Positions 46,379 to 59,929 are shown, numbered from the whole stretch's first letter. The stretch: DNA of 63,522 nucleotides, filler included, from Hausera hauseri (GCA_046269625.1; 11 parts of 11 records of this genome joined end to end with filler, not necessarily neighbours in it); one strand, 5' to 3'. Numbers and translations: made by a program. The notes: generated by a model not told the origin, from the letters alone.

Positions 46379-49300
46379 GCATATGGATGCTCACCAGGTT
46401 CTCCGTGTAGATTGTGCTGCTGTGGAAGTTGGGCTTAGCGATGAGTTTCTTTGCCATCTTCCAGTCACATACCAGCTCGATGTTTATCCGGTTCCGGATA
46501 TTCTCCATAGTTTTGCCAAAGACCGAGTGGTAATACAGCTTGAATTTGTCCTTTTCAAACTCGTTCTTGGCATTGGCCCTCAACTGAGTATTGAGGTTTA
46601 TGTATGGATTCAGCCATTTGGACTGGCTGAAATGCAGGGCCCAATAAATCCTGATTACTCGGAGTCCATTTTTGATGGGCTGTTGGAAATTTATGTAGTG
46701 GGCTATATACCTCTCCATGTTTTCCAGATGGCAGAGCAGTTTCTTGTTCTTGTCATTCGGCGGCCTCTTGCTCTCCGGCAGGAAAGGCAGCTGCTCATAC
46801 CTTGTGTGGATGCTATGTGGGTATTCCACATCCACCTCCAGTATGTAGCCCGGGTCTCCATTGGGATCCATACCCTCAATATCCAATACTTGCGGCTGCT
46901 CCACACATTAAAAGTTATCATAGGGCAATGGGTTGCTCATTGCCCATCCATATAGGTTGTTGGCATCCAGGTATGTTATATAGCTGGATTCGTTGGATGG
47001 GTCATAATCTGCCATGTATTTGTTGTTGGCCTCACTGTACATGTGAATGACCTGGCAGATTCCGCCCATAATGCCTCTCTCAACCATGAGGACCATATTG
47101 TAATCCTTCGAGGTCCGCAGCCTTATGTCGGTATAGCGCAGCATCGCCGCCTAGCTCATTCCTGGAGCTGTAAAGAAATTGGCTGGACATAACTTGTGGC
47201 TCTTAAGTGTCACATTCCGAAAGCTTTCGAAGACATTTGTAAGAAACAGCACATCTGTGAGGAGATAGATAACAGTGTATTCCCTTATTATCCTGCACTA
47301 GAAGGTCTGCCATACCCTTTGGGCGCGCCCATAGTCAGCATCGCTAATATCACTGTATGGCAACTGACTATAGAAGTCCTCCTTGGCCGGTACTACTTCT
47401 TCATCCAGTGCTTTCCATGCCGTTATATAGTCATAGGGGAACACTCCTTTCCGCTTCACGAGGTCAAATGTATCCGTGAAGAACCTCTTCGTCTCCTTGA
47501 GCTCATCAACTGGAAGGTTCTTCACAGGACTGTCCAGTGACGAGCTCATGAAGCGGAAGCTACCGATGAAACGAAGTTTGATGTGGCCCACATGCTCCGT
47601 GAAGGTGATGTACTTTTCCTCACTATTTGGAATCATATCAATGTTCCCCTCAATATTATCCAATTTTCGAGCAATGAAGTGGGAATCGTATCCACTAAGA
47701 TTGTGGAATACCACGGGAACATATGTACATGTCTCGCAGCGTAAGTTGCAATTATTGCACGTTGCGCCTCGGTATATGCCTGTAAAATGGCATTGATCCC
47801 TGACTTTGTGATTGTCCCATGTGAATGGCTTTCTGCATAAGTAGCATTTTGATGCTTTGCACCATTCACATTTTTCTTGCTGCGACATCACCATGTAGTC
47901 CTTATGTTGCAGCTACATGTCTACAAGTTTATGGGCATACTGTTCCAGACGCTGCGTAAAATGTGCTGCTGCATTTACACCTCTGTATAGGTAGGGTTCT
48001 TTGCCCAGTCCTTTGGCATACATGCAGTATGATGATAACTCATGGTACTGATATGCTGTAGTACTGCTTTGCTGTGGATTGGGGCTGCAGCTGTGAACTG
48101 GACTGAGAATGGACTCAAAGTCACAATGTATGACAATAGGCACCTTCCGTATCTTTGCATACTCCTTGAATTCCAGGTAATCCTCCTTGAGAATTCTGCT
48201 CGGATGCAATAGTTTGTATTGCAGTAGGTCTTGTGCTCCACCAGCTTTTCTACGGCCGTGTCTCCATTAAAATGGGTAAAGCATCTCTAGCATATTTCCA
48301 GCCTTGATTTATGCTTGGATATTTAGGATCCTACGAGGCGCTCAAAATTCTTGATCCAGATGAAATGCCTCTTTTCTTCATCATCTAGCAGGAGCAGATC
48401 TCTATGGTCCTCCAATTTTTCCAATCCGAAGATGTTGATAAAAATGTTGTTCACGCTTTCAAATTTCACGACTTCATCTAGGCTCGGCGGGAATGAAATA
48501 CAGCTGAAGTTGTATGTGTGCTGCATTTTGTCATATATCCAAACTCGGGAAGCATTATGTTGATCCTGGACTAGTTTTGACAAAATAGAATATATCAAGC
48601 ATATGCTGTCCTCATTATCGACATGGATGCATGCCTTTTTCTTACCTATAGATTCAGGAAGCGGTATGTAGGAGCTGCCTCCCATGGGAGAATACTTGTG
48701 TACATGCACAAGTAACCCTTTTATTGTTGCTAAAGTCCAACCGCTCTTCTTGTCCTGGCTTTCTTCCGCTTCGCGGATGAGCTTGCATAGTCCTCTGTAA
48801 TGAAATCCTAAATGTTAGAGGATTTCAATAGTAGCCTGTTCTGTCTTGAAGGCTCTACTAGGCAGCTCTTCTTTGACATTGGTGAAGGTGGCTTCCAATT
48901 TGAAGTTCACCTTAAGGGCCTTCAGCTCCAACAAGTTGTCCTGGAGAATTTCTGCTGCCTCCTGCTTTGAATATTCCAGGAATTCATTGATTGATGTCTG
49001 CCCCACTGCTGCTATGAAGTATCGCCGCACTTTGCTCTTTAGTGCAGCTACATCAACTGGCCGCTGTCTTTGGCTTTTTGATGGAGCATATGCTGCTACG
49101 TCTGATATGCGTTTTAGTCCTGCATCGGGCCTTGCTGCTAAAGCAGACTGTACAACAGGCTGTGCTGCCAAAGCAGGATGCTGCTCATTAAATATGACCT
49201 TCTTTGACTTTGATGTGAAGTCAGTTAAATGATGTTTGTGGTCTTCATAAAACTGTATGTATTCTCCATCACATACAGCCTCACATCCTGGTAAGATATA

Positions 49301-49702
49301 ATAGATGTTCCTATTGAATTTGTATCCATAATAGCTCCTCATAGTATTGACAGTTCTGAGGGTTGTATATTGCACATGTGCAATACACGTATGAACAGCA
49401 TCTTTGATTATCCTTTAAAGTCGTTATTGGCATATTTGCACTGAATATTTGTTTTTCGATTTGGTGAAGGTAATCAAGTGCTGTTTATGGACATTGCAAA
49501 AGTCTTTATAATTGGATTGGCACACTACCTCACATGTAGGGCATATATAATACTGAACCCTGTTTTATAGATGGCCAAAGTACTTCTTCATAATACTGTG
49601 GCAATTTTCAGGCTCGTGGATTTAAGCTAAACATTTGCTGTAAAGTTTGCATATCTATAAATCAACCAATTTTTTTAGGAGCACAATTAAAAAATTCACC
49701 AT
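46379..49702 (-). pseudogene. Polinton pPolB (family A, copy 2), decayed
   Basis: GSSYIPLP, PIVIHCDFES, VRDQCHFTG.YRGA.CN.CN, VFHNLSGYDSH, RKGVFPYDY, YLDANNLYGWAM, FEKDKFKL..SVFGKTMEN. Confidence 0.95.
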
Positions 49703-51167
49703 TCGTTGAAGTGATTTTGGAAATAATGAAATATATTGCCATATCAATATGCACTGCCCCGCTTATTGATCGGTTTTAATGCACTTTTGTTTTAATGCAT
49801 CAATTAAATTAAATAGAAGGCGGCACCAAATTTAAGGTTTCCGACCATGGGGAATCGAATGGCGCCATTAGGTTTTTCGAATAATTCATGCTTGACCGAG
49901 TTTTCGAGTTCGAATAGCTAAGTATTCGACTTGTAAGCTCGAATTCGAATATCTGATGCCATATTCCAGTTCACCATACATGACTTCCTATCCCGCCCCG
50001 CTTACAGATTTATTGATTTCCGACTCACTGGGCTTTAAATGCAGATTTTCCTTAATTCAAAACATTGATTTTGTATCTATATAGTACACTGTCATGGAAT
50101 AATTTTTATGCATAAGGGGGTTTCCATGTATTGGGAATCGATTGCCTCTGTTAGATTTTTCGAATAGTTCGATATTCGATATTCGAGCCAAAAAAATTTC
50201 GAATTTCGAATATCTGACTTGAGATTCGAGATCGCCATAATCGATTTCCTATCTGTCCCCGCAAATTATAATATCAAATTTTGCACCTTTACGGCCTAAA
50301 AAACCCATGCGGGTTCTGCCGAAGTGGCACTTTGGATCGATATTATTCGAAAACTAATCCATAAATTTAAATTATAACTGCACATTCATATAGTGCACCG
50401 CAATCCCAATCGATTGCACCCAGTCACATGTCCTCAATATTGGAAATATCGGAAATCCGATATTATTGATTTTTTCACACTTGCACATGTGCTACGCACC
50501 CGCACAGTATATATCAAGGTACATATCGATGTGCTCTATCTAACTGCACTTGACCCCAATCGATTCCATCAATCCTGCGCTGCACAGTAACAAATGTGAA
50601 AAGCGAAAAAGTGCCTTGGCAACCTTGAGCATTTCCATAACTGTAGTGCACCGCTTGTACTACCAACCAGTACTTGCCCCGGATCGATATTATCGATTTT
50701 TATTTTATAGCGGAAAGGCCTATGCGGGTTGTCTCTCAGTTTGGAATTAATCGAATCCATTCAATATATTTGGGTTCTAACTACATTGGCCCAGTCCATC
50801 ATGTGTGCTACAGATTGCACCCGGTGCCGTGCCATAATCATCAATATTGGGATTACCGGAAATCCGATATTATTCATTTTGTACACTTGCTCATGTGCTG
50901 CACACCTGCACTGTGCACTAATAGATGTGCACTGATGTGCACTATCGATTACCACTTTGTCCCGATCGATTCGATCAATACTGCACTGTGTAGCCATCGA
51001 TTAATTTAATGTGCAAAATGTGTATAGCAACGGTGCCTAGCGGCACCCTAGCCTAGCACACTACCAATCGATGGCGTTCCGCGTGCACTATCGATTGGCA
51101 CGTGCAAATTGATTAATCGATTACCCCCCCCCCTCGGGTGAGGGGAATCCCGCATTTTCCACCTACT
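49703..51167 (-). mobile_element. Polinton family A terminal (TIR) region, copy 2; terminus AGTAGGTGGAAAATG at 51167
   Basis: Homologous to 16350-17783 with the same terminus and internal duplication. Confidence 0.85.
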
Positions 51168-51345
51168 ATTGTCATTGGTGAAAATGTAAATGTCAATTCC
51201 GTCAAAGGCACTTCCCAGGCTCCCTGGCGTAAATAGAATGCTTGGTCCAAGTGCAAGGTAAACTGTTTAGCGGTATTGTCATTGTCGTCAATTTGTGATA
51301 ATGATCTGTTACTATTAAGTACCAAGGAAATGCTGCTCATTGAAT
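51168..51345 (-). pseudogene. Polinton minor capsid/penton (PX) N-terminus, interrupted by family A insertion
   Basis: ISLVLNSN..NTAKQFTLHLDQAFYLRQGAWEVPLTEL matches the PX N-terminal pattern. Confidence 0.7.
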
Positions 51346-51399
51346 CTGTGATGCAAAAATCCAACTCAGTGCAGTGTATCCGTGACACTTGACGAGATA

Positions 51400-52400
51400 T
51401 TGTTTATTCGAACCTTTGTCACGTAAAAATAGAATTTTTTGAATACGATATACATCGTGTTTTTCGAGTACTACTTGCAGTTCTTGTTCGTAGAATTTAC
51501 CGCGTTTTCCGCGCCGTTTTCATCCTCTGAAACATACATGACAGGTGTTTGTTTTGTGTAGATTGCCGAAATGCGGAAAACCTCATCGCTCCAGTTCTGA
51601 TTGAAATTCTTAATGAATGGCGTTGTACTTCTTGCCAAAATACGTACGTAATCACCGATTTTATATTTTGGGCGTTTAATTGACTGTCGTTGTGTTCGGT
51701 TTTCATAAAGCCACATGTCCAAATCATCGATTACGTCAACCGGGCGCATTTCGTTGATTCCACGATGTGTCGAATGATTGTATGCATGAATAATATCCGG
51801 CAGTACATCTACCCAGCATTTATTGCCCTGCTTCGTAAAGAATTTGTTTAGGCCACTGCGCAATGTTCGATTAAATCGTTCAACGAGTGCAGCCTTGTAT
51901 TGGGAAAACATCGAGTAGTGGTTTACGCCGAACCATTTCAAGACCGCTAAAACATGGGCGTTGTAGAATTCCTTACCCAAATCTATTTATAAATGTTTCG
52001 GTTGTTGTTGTTGCATCAGTATCTGGACAGCGTCGGCAATCTCTTCACAGGATTTAGATTTCACAGCAATTGCACGTTAAAAACGACTAAACACATCAAC
52101 ACATGTCAGCACGTACTATACTCATCGTTGATACTGGTATACGGAATCATTTCCATCAAATCCATTTGCCATACATTATGTACACCGGCAGCATGGTATG
52201 CATAAGTTGAAAACCGCTTTCTTATCGGTTTGTTTAGTCTGTATGCTAACTGTTTCCCTAGCCAACGTTGTGTCTGTTGCCGAGTCTGTTTGACAGTCTT
52301 TGCCACTTTATCGACTCCAGTATATCCGAGGGATGACGCGGATTGAACCACACGTCGCCAATTGTTGCCGTCGATGGTGCTGGTTTTGATTCCATTACAA
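51400..52400 (-). pseudogene. Polinton retroviral-like integrase
   Basis: WQMDLMEM, GKEFYN, KAALVERFNRTLR, YNHSTHRGI..P.DV, KYKIGDYVRI, QNWSDEVFRI. Confidence 0.92.
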
Positions 52401-52505
52401 CAATTTGAACGAAACGTAAATGAAAGTTTCGGTAAACTGAAACAGAAAGATGAAAACTATGCACCCATATCGCAAATCACCATATACTTACCCTCATTGT
52501 TTATA

Positions 52506-52824
52506 CTATGCTGCTGCAGTACCGATGAGACCACCCAGTAATGGCGTGACAAGCGGTAGAATTGCACTAAGAATCCCCCACCTTGCTGATACATGACCTC
52601 TGGTTTCAGTCATTTTCTACGGGCGTTGGCAAGGCCAATGAGTCGTTTTCGATACTTTAGTAAAGTCCGCTTTCCACTACTAGTGTCAACGTGACCCACA
52701 ACGATATTGTACAAAAGTTCCTTCAAATCATCTACTGCAATTTGCGGGAATGATCGCAGCATGTTTCGCTTATGTCTCGTAGGTGCCTTGAGCAAAGCAA
52801 TAAAGTACGGCTGACTACGTTTGA
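52506..52824 (-). pseudogene. Polinton/adintovirus small basic virion protein with GGGF-amphipathic tail (cupiennin-like)
   Basis: KELLYNIVVGHV..LLKYRKRL then QQGGGF(L)SAILPLVTPLLGGLIG after a stop and a 1-nt frameshift. Confidence 0.7.
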
Positions 52825-52929
52825 NNNNNNNNNNNNNNNNNNNNNNNNNNNNNNNNNNNNNNNNNNNNTTAATTAATTAANNNNNNNNNNNNNNNNNNNN
52901 NNNNNNNNNNNNNNNNNNNNNNNNTAATA

Positions 52930-53250
52930 ACATTTTATGATAATGGAAATTATATAATAACCCCACCACATTCTTGTTTAGATCGAATTATTTGTTTATA
53001 TTGACCAATTAATAATTCATGAAGATTATGTGAAATTGTCACTGAATCTTCACGAATAGAAATTAATTCAGATTGTAACTGTTCAATTCGTTATTCACGT
53101 AATTGTACAATATCACTATTCAATGATAATTCTGGAAATGTTATCATTACATCTGTATATTGTTGACGTATGCCACGAATTCGAGTTCCATTATCACCTA
53201 TCAACCGACTATGATATTTATAATCAATTATCACATCTTTTATCTTCTCT
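52930..53250 (-). pseudogene. Vigilin/HDLBP-like KH-domain fragment
   Basis: DVIIDYKYHSRLIGDNGTRIRGIRQQYTDVMITFP..NSDIVQLR plus a second degenerate KH. Confidence 0.7.
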
Positions 53251-53332
53251 GATACAACGGCCGGTGACAACACGTTAATTTTCATTCCTTTAGTTAATTC
53301 GCACGTTATTTGCAATTTTAAAACAGTTGTTT

Positions 53333-53485
53333 TGTAAAGACCATCTAACGGCAAGAGTCCGCGATGGAAGACGAAGTACAGCAGCCATCGACAACATAGG
53401 GGAAAAAACGCCGCACTCGGTTGTACCCGGCCAAAATAGGCCACGGGGCAATACATCATGTGGGCACTACATCACCCTCCCCTAG
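53333..53485 (-). mobile_element. PPT and 3' LTR of Gypsy element (LTR start 53471; end at 53333 tentative)
   Basis: AGGGGAGGGTGA|TGTAGTGCCCACATG...CTTTACA. Confidence 0.7.
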
Positions 53486-53958
53486 CAAAGTGAAGACTGT
53501 AAAGCAAAAAACAATGAAAAACAAAATCCGCAAAAAGAGACGTGTTTGTGTCTTACTCGGTTTTCGTGTGAACCAGACTTTTCACTTTGTCGAAATTTTG
53601 TTCTCCACTGTACTTACTGAAGGTAACTCTGCGTGTTTTGATTGCGTATTTTGGGTTTGCTTGCAGAGGTGTAAGTTGAAGAAAAAATATCTGATTTTAC
53701 CGTGGGAGTTGTTTTAGTTGTGGAACATTAAAGTTGCAAAGGAAAGTCAGCCAAGAGTGAAGAAGATAGAGAAGGTGTGAAGAATATTGAATTTGCGGAA
53801 GTTTGGGCATTTGAAGAGAGTTTAGGGAGGATATGGAGTGGAGGCGAGTCTGAAATGGAGATATATGAAGAAGGTTGAATGTGTGAAATAGATTGAGAAT
53901 TTGAAGAATAAGAATCGAGAGAAAGTTTGTCTTCAAATGGAGGTGGTGTGTGAATAGT

Positions 53959-56445
53959 TCAGTCGGTTGAAAGTGAAGTAGCTGCAAAGGCATAAGGAAA
54001 AGTGCCAGTAGAGTTAGTGTTGGTTCGTGTGTCTTCAAGAAGATCATCAATAAATAAAGCAGGTTTTAGGCTTGTTAGGTGTACAATCTGTTCTTTGCCA
54101 TTTTTAAGAATCGTTGCCGTATTAGAGGATAAAGGCAGTAGTTTAAAAGGTCTAATGTATTGCGGTTGGAAATCACTGGTTGAAGGATTACGAATCCAGG
54201 CAAGTTTAGCAGTGTACAAATCACCTGGTACATTTGATTTGTTGTTATTTAGAATTTTGCAAAATGAGTCCCTTTTTAATGCAACGAAGTGATTTTGCGC
54301 ATCTCGAATTAGCTCATCTGTTGGTGTGTCATCTAAATCAGTTAACTCATAAAGTGCCCGAATAGGTGTCCCAAACAATGCCTCAGCTGGTACACAACCC
54401 GCAGTTGTAGAGGGTGTGTTACGCCAACCGAGCAGGACCAGTGGTAGAAGAGATGTCCAGCTGCTGTGTGATTCAGCAAGGATTTTGAGCGAGGTCTTTA
54501 TTGTGCGGTGAAATCGTTTAAGTAAACCGTTCGCTTGAGAATGATATGAAGGTGTGTGTGTGTTTGTTTGATTCCCAAGCGATTTACTAAGGATTTGAAA
54601 AGATTTGACTCAACTTGTGGACCGTGGTCCATGAGAGTGAAACGAGGTGAGCCAAATCTGCTAATCCAAGTTTTAATGAAGACCTAAGCGATAGTGTGCG
54701 TGTTGGTGGAGCGTAATGGAATGGTTTTTGGCCATCGAGAATCACGGTCCATCATGGTCAATATGAATTGATGGTCGTTATCTGGACGAAGAGGGTCGAC
54801 TAGGTCAATATGCACAGATTCGAAACGCGACTTACAGGGGAAATGATAAAGTGGTAGTCTCAGATGTTTGTTAATTTTAAACTTTTGGCACGCCACACAC
54901 TCCCTAATTTATGCCTGTACATCTGACTTCATCGACGGCCATATAACGTTGCGTTGTAAGAGACGAAAAGTTGCTTTAGTACCCGGATGATGAAGAGAAT
55001 GCACACTATGAAATGCCGTTTTTTTCAAAGAGGAACATAGTATGAGTTTATGATTCCCGGGTTTAGAAGTGTTATAGGCAATTCCGTCAATGATTTGGTG
55101 TGATTTAAAGAATTTAAGAATATCCTGCGCTGGTACGTTTTGCTAAAGCACTGTTCTTGAAAGAATCGGAGTGACTTCAATGATGTTAACTGATCTCGAC
55201 CAAAAATGAGCAACTAGATTGTCAGTACCTGAAATATGTACCATTTTAAAATTGAATGTCGACAAGTACGATATGTTCCATTTCTGTTGAGATAAAGGGG
55301 CTTTCATGTCCATAATGCTAAGAAGAGGTCTGTGGTCTGTTTAAATCGTAAAAGACCTGGCAGTTAACAAATTCGAGATGTGTTTTAGAGTTAATGCTAT
55401 GGCTAAGAGCTCTCTGTCGAAAGTTGAATAACGACTTTTGGCGGTGTAAGTTTCCGAGAATAAAATTCCAGAGGCTCGTTGAAGCCATTAGAAATTTGAT
55501 GCAGTATTGTGCCGACTGCTGTGGTAGAGGCGTCTGTGGTTAATATTAGCTCTGCGTTAGGCTTGGGGTATGCTAGAATTTCAATGGTTTTTAAACCCTC
55601 CCGTAAATGGTCGAATTGGTTTACTAGTTCAAGCGTCCAGTGAATTAACTGTTTCTTTTTTCCAGACTATAGAAATGCAAAGGGTACGGTTAATTCGGAG
55701 CAGTGGCACGTACTTATTAACAAAGTGGAGTGTACTAAGAAAAGAGCACATTTTCGTTGTTGTACGTGGCAGTTGAATGTTTTTAAGTTGGGTTATGCGA
55801 TCTTTTTGGGGAGAGTGGCCAGATTTGCTTATAATATGACCAAGAAAGTTGATTCTGTGTTGAAAACAGGAGCATTTAGAGAAGTTGCCTTCGAGGTTAC
55901 TTTGGTGAAGGCGCTGGAAGACTATACATAAATACTCAGAATGCTATTTGGAGACGACGAAGCGATGCGAATGTCATCTATGTATGGGAACGCGAAGTTT
56001 AGACCGGCGAGCACTATGTCTATGTGACTTTGAAATGTTTGTGAGACACTGCGAAGTCCTAATGGTATGAAAACATACTTGAGAAGGCCGAAAGGTGTTG
56101 TGTCAGCTGTTTTCGGTATGTCAGCTAGTGCCGCTGGAATCTTATCGTAGGTTTTATGAATATCGACTGATGAAAATATGATTTTGTCATGGGGTCGATA
56201 TAAAATATCGTTAATGAACGGTAATGGAAATGCATCCATTACCGTGATGGTGTTTTATCGTCGGTAATCGCCATAGGGCCTAAATAAGCCGTCCTGTAAT
56301 GGTGAGGCCCAAGTGGATTTTGACCTTATATTATAATTCCTCTTTTTTCTAGTTCGTTAAATTCCAACTCTACCGCTTTTGCCTGCGAGGAGAAGGTGGC
56401 CTAACCTTCTGTTTAATGGGTCTTTGGTGTTCAGTGAAAATACGT
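53959..56445 (-). pseudogene. pol: Gypsy pol (RT-RNase H-integrase), heavily decayed
   Basis: FPLPFI..TPFGL..YIDDI; TTDAS, STFDRELLA, TDHRPL; HPG, VHIDLV, HSQANGL. Confidence 0.9.
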
Positions 56446-56919
56446 TGTAGATTTATTATAAAAGTTTGTAAAACAATTATCTATTTCACTCATTAAATGA
56501 GCCTTATTTTCATCCTTTTCTGAATTTCTCGACTTTATATTGGCTTAACTTTGAATTAACTTTGAATTGAATTTAAACTTTAATATCAGTTTAAATTCCT
56601 CTTCACATTCCCCTCCTTTAAGAATTTCCGCAGCTTTTCCACATTTCTTTCCGAAATTCTCATGTCCGCATGTTGCAGTACATATCATCGATTGTGTTTT
56701 TTCTCAATGACTTTGTATGGCCCTTTATATTTGTCTTTATCCTTTGCTCCTGATTCTCTCTGTATTAGTACACTTTCGCCGACCCGGAATACTCTTTTTA
56801 CTAGTACCATTTCTGGGTCTTTTTCTTAGTTTCTTCTGTTAATTTATTCTGTCCATGCCATCTCTCTCTATGTATTTTTCTTCCAAATATTATTTCTGCT
56901 GGGCTCTTCCCTGTTGTTT
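56446..56919 (-). mobile_element. 3' end of a second Gypsy element (integrase C-terminus, PPT, 162-bp LTR 56446-56607) nested in the first
   Basis: TTGKSPAEIIFGRK..FRVGESVLI..KYKGPYKV; AAAGGAGGGGAA|TGTGAAG...AATAAATCTACA. Confidence 0.8.
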
Positions 56920-57019
56920 NNNNNNNNNNNNNNNNNNNNNNNNNNNNNNNNNNNNNNNNNNNNTTAATTAATTAANNNNNNNNNNNNNNNNNNNNNNNNN
57001 NNNNNNNNNNNNNNNNNNN

Positions 57020-57269
57020 ACTTGCATCAATCGATGTGCATTCAAGTGCACTATCGATTATCACAAAGTGCAGATCGATTCGATTAATAGTGCAGTGTGC
57101 AGCGATTTGTTTGTGAAAAGTGCCCTTAGCAACGGTGCCTAACTGCATCCTTGGTAGGCACTTTTTGGATAGATAGTGCACAGTGCGCACTATCGATCGG
57201 CACATGTGCAAAATTGATTTATCGATCCCCCCTTGGGAGCTGGGGCAGAACCGCCATTTTTACACTTCT
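57020..57269 (-). mobile_element. Polinton family A terminus, third and more diverged copy
   Basis: GCACTATCGAT(T/C)GGCACATGTGCA..ATCGAT..CCCC..CATTTT..CTTCT, homologous to the 17783 and 51167 ends. Confidence 0.8.
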
Positions 57270-57714
57270 GATATCGAGAAACAAGAGTGTCGCCTAAGGA
57301 CATTATTGTACAAATGTGTAAATATTTGATTGTTTGTATGTTGTATTAATAAATATTTTGTACAAACTTCTTTGTCTTCTGTTTTGTACATTTTAATGTT
57401 GACAAGTTTTGACACTGTAAAATTTAAACAAAGTGGGGGTTGGAATAGTGAAACCGCGACCACACCAATTGAGTTTTTGGGGGTGGGAATAGTGAAACCT
57501 CGACTACGCCAAAATTTCATATATAAAATATTGATTTCAAAAATTTTGCCTATATAAAATCGTGTGCTCACATCCCCCTACTTGTTAGGTTGTTTTAATG
57601 CCAGTAGTCACCACATGGTCTGTAAATGCCATATTTCTCTGTTACTACATGGAATGGTGAAACCCATTGTGATTTTTATCTTCTAATAATACAAGCCTTT
57701 TGAAGTTCATTGAA

Positions 57715-59580
57715 CTCTGATTCAACGGCTTTTCGCCTGCGAGGTGACAGTGGTCTTACCCTTTGTCTGATAGGTCTTTGATGTTCGGTGACTATGTGGT
57801 GATAAGTTGTAGAAAGCGGCTAGAAATTAACATCTTTTTTGAGAGTACGGAAACAAGAAGTTGTGATGTAGAATTTAAGATTGGATTCCAGTAATAAGAA
57901 TGATGGGGAAATATTATTGAAAGAGTTAGCGGATGTAACTGATCTAAAATGACTGAACACGCCATTAATGACATTCGGTTTAACCGACTGTTTCAAAATT
58001 GACTTGGTCCCACTTGAAGAAATTGAAAATATGGATAAATTATTAAGCGTATTTTTTTCAGCCTACGAACAAATTGTCATTTGAGTGAACAGAGAAAGGC
58101 AAGAAGGTGTCCGATTGGTCGTCTGATGGGCATTTGTTGGTATCTATAAGTGAGTTTCTACGCAGGAAACATCCATGCTTATAATCAACTAACAAATCGT
58201 ATGCAGCCAGGAAATCGGCGCCTATTATGGGCGATCTAATATTGGCTAAGTGAAATTTCTAAGAAAATTTGCCTGGTAGGTTGGAGAATGTGAAAAACAA
58301 TCTTGTGGTACCTACTATGTATATAAGTGTTGACCACAGGCATTGAAGAGTGGAGGAGAAAAAACTGTATTAGATGTAGAAGCGAAGGACAAAGGAAGAC
58401 TTGAAAAGGCAGGTCCTGAATCGATAAGGAAGTCTATGTGTGAAATGTATCCAAATAACAGTGCAGCTTTCAACATAAAGACTGTAGAGGCGGTGTTGAA
58501 ACGGTCAGAAGACTGAGCGTTATTGCCTATTCCAAAATGTGCCGTGGCATCTGGCGGCCTTGTTAGTTTTTTTGAGGCTTGTTGGGAAAATGAAGATGAT
58601 TAAAAAGAGCGAGGAGAAGACGATGGAGAAAAGCTAAAAATTTTTTTATAGTGCTTGCATCCTGACACACATGACTTAGCCTTGGACTGATACTTTGTGT
58701 GATATATAGAAGTCAAGGTGTCCACTGAAAAACGCTCGTTATAAAAGCGACAGCCTAAAAGACACTTCTTTGCGTCTCTTCAGAACTTTTCGTGATAGAA
58801 ACAAATTATTCGTCTGCCCGGCGATTTGTCACGAAAAGAATGCCTAGCTAGGCTAGGCTTACGAGAAGTGCGGGACTCACCTCGTCGAGATGTAGCTAAA
58901 GTATTTAGCTGAGCTGTAATGGAAGAAACTAACTGTTGCAGGAAGTCAATTTGCTTTTGCATTATTTGTAGTTGCAGTGTAAACAGAGTGGTATCTGTTT
59001 GTGATTGCGCAAGCGGGGTCGCAACAGATGCTGGTTGTGGGTTGTTCGACTGTAGGGTGTCGAAGCTTTTATCTGCCAGTAAGGCGCGTTTTTCAAGAGT
59101 TGTCGAATCGTCTAAGACAGAAAGCAATGCTCTGATGGAAGTGTGTAAGGAGGAAAGTAAATAACGACAAAAAAGATCGGCATTGTTTGTAGCAGTACGC
59201 CTAAAGAACTCAGTTGAGAAATTGCGGTTTTAAAAAAATCAGACCATTTTTGAGTACCGATAGCATGCTCATTAAAGTATTTTTGTAATATATTATCAAT
59301 CAGAGCATCGGTAATATGTAGGACCGATTCATAGAGCATGTCGTATGGAGTCGATGAAGTGAGTATCTCTGAAAGATTGGTGATTTTCTGTTTTATTTGT
59401 GATGGAAGCAATAATAACAAACTGTTGGCGCGCAGAAAAGAATCGATGATGTGGTTCGCCTTGAGCCATTGTAAGTGAAACTGTTGCCACGTAAGGCTGG
59501 AATTGGTCTTGCCTAGAAAGAAATCTGTACAAGGAAGGTTGTGAGAGGCAGGTGGTGTAGATTCAGCAGGGCGACAACCA
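57715..59580 (-). pseudogene. Gypsy gag-protease (same family as 53959-56445), decayed
   Basis: Gag-like ORFs ending ICFYHEKF; A AAA AAC TAA slippery site at 58566-58572; FLIDSG protease; 57730-57790 similar to 56380-56440. Confidence 0.8.
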
Positions 59581-59929
59581 GATAGAGTTTGGTGGGGTTT
59601 TCAACATAAGAAGGAGCGGGTCCGATCTACCTCGGATAAAAAAGTGGAGAGTGAATGACTGGAGAAGAAAAGGAAGAAAGTGGGCCATAGACGTTAAGGA
59701 TGGAGCCATGATGCGATAAATAAAAATCTGAGGTGTGAAGCAGGAAGGATAGATGTCTGTAAAGACAACGTAAAGTCTCTCTGTGTCGCAGTGAAAGTAT
59801 AGAAGTGTACATTATTGGAAAAGACAAACAGGGATAGAGGATGTGGTGCAGCGGGGCGGGCACGCTCGGTCTCAAGGTCAGACAATTCATTGGTTGCGCA
59901 GTGAACAGAGAAAAATGTCCAATTATAAT

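Noticed and set aside
14315-52824. One complete Polinton/adintovirus genome across contigs
   Set aside because: The pieces are on separate contigs, come from at least two families and are pseudogenised; no major capsid, ATPase or protease is seen
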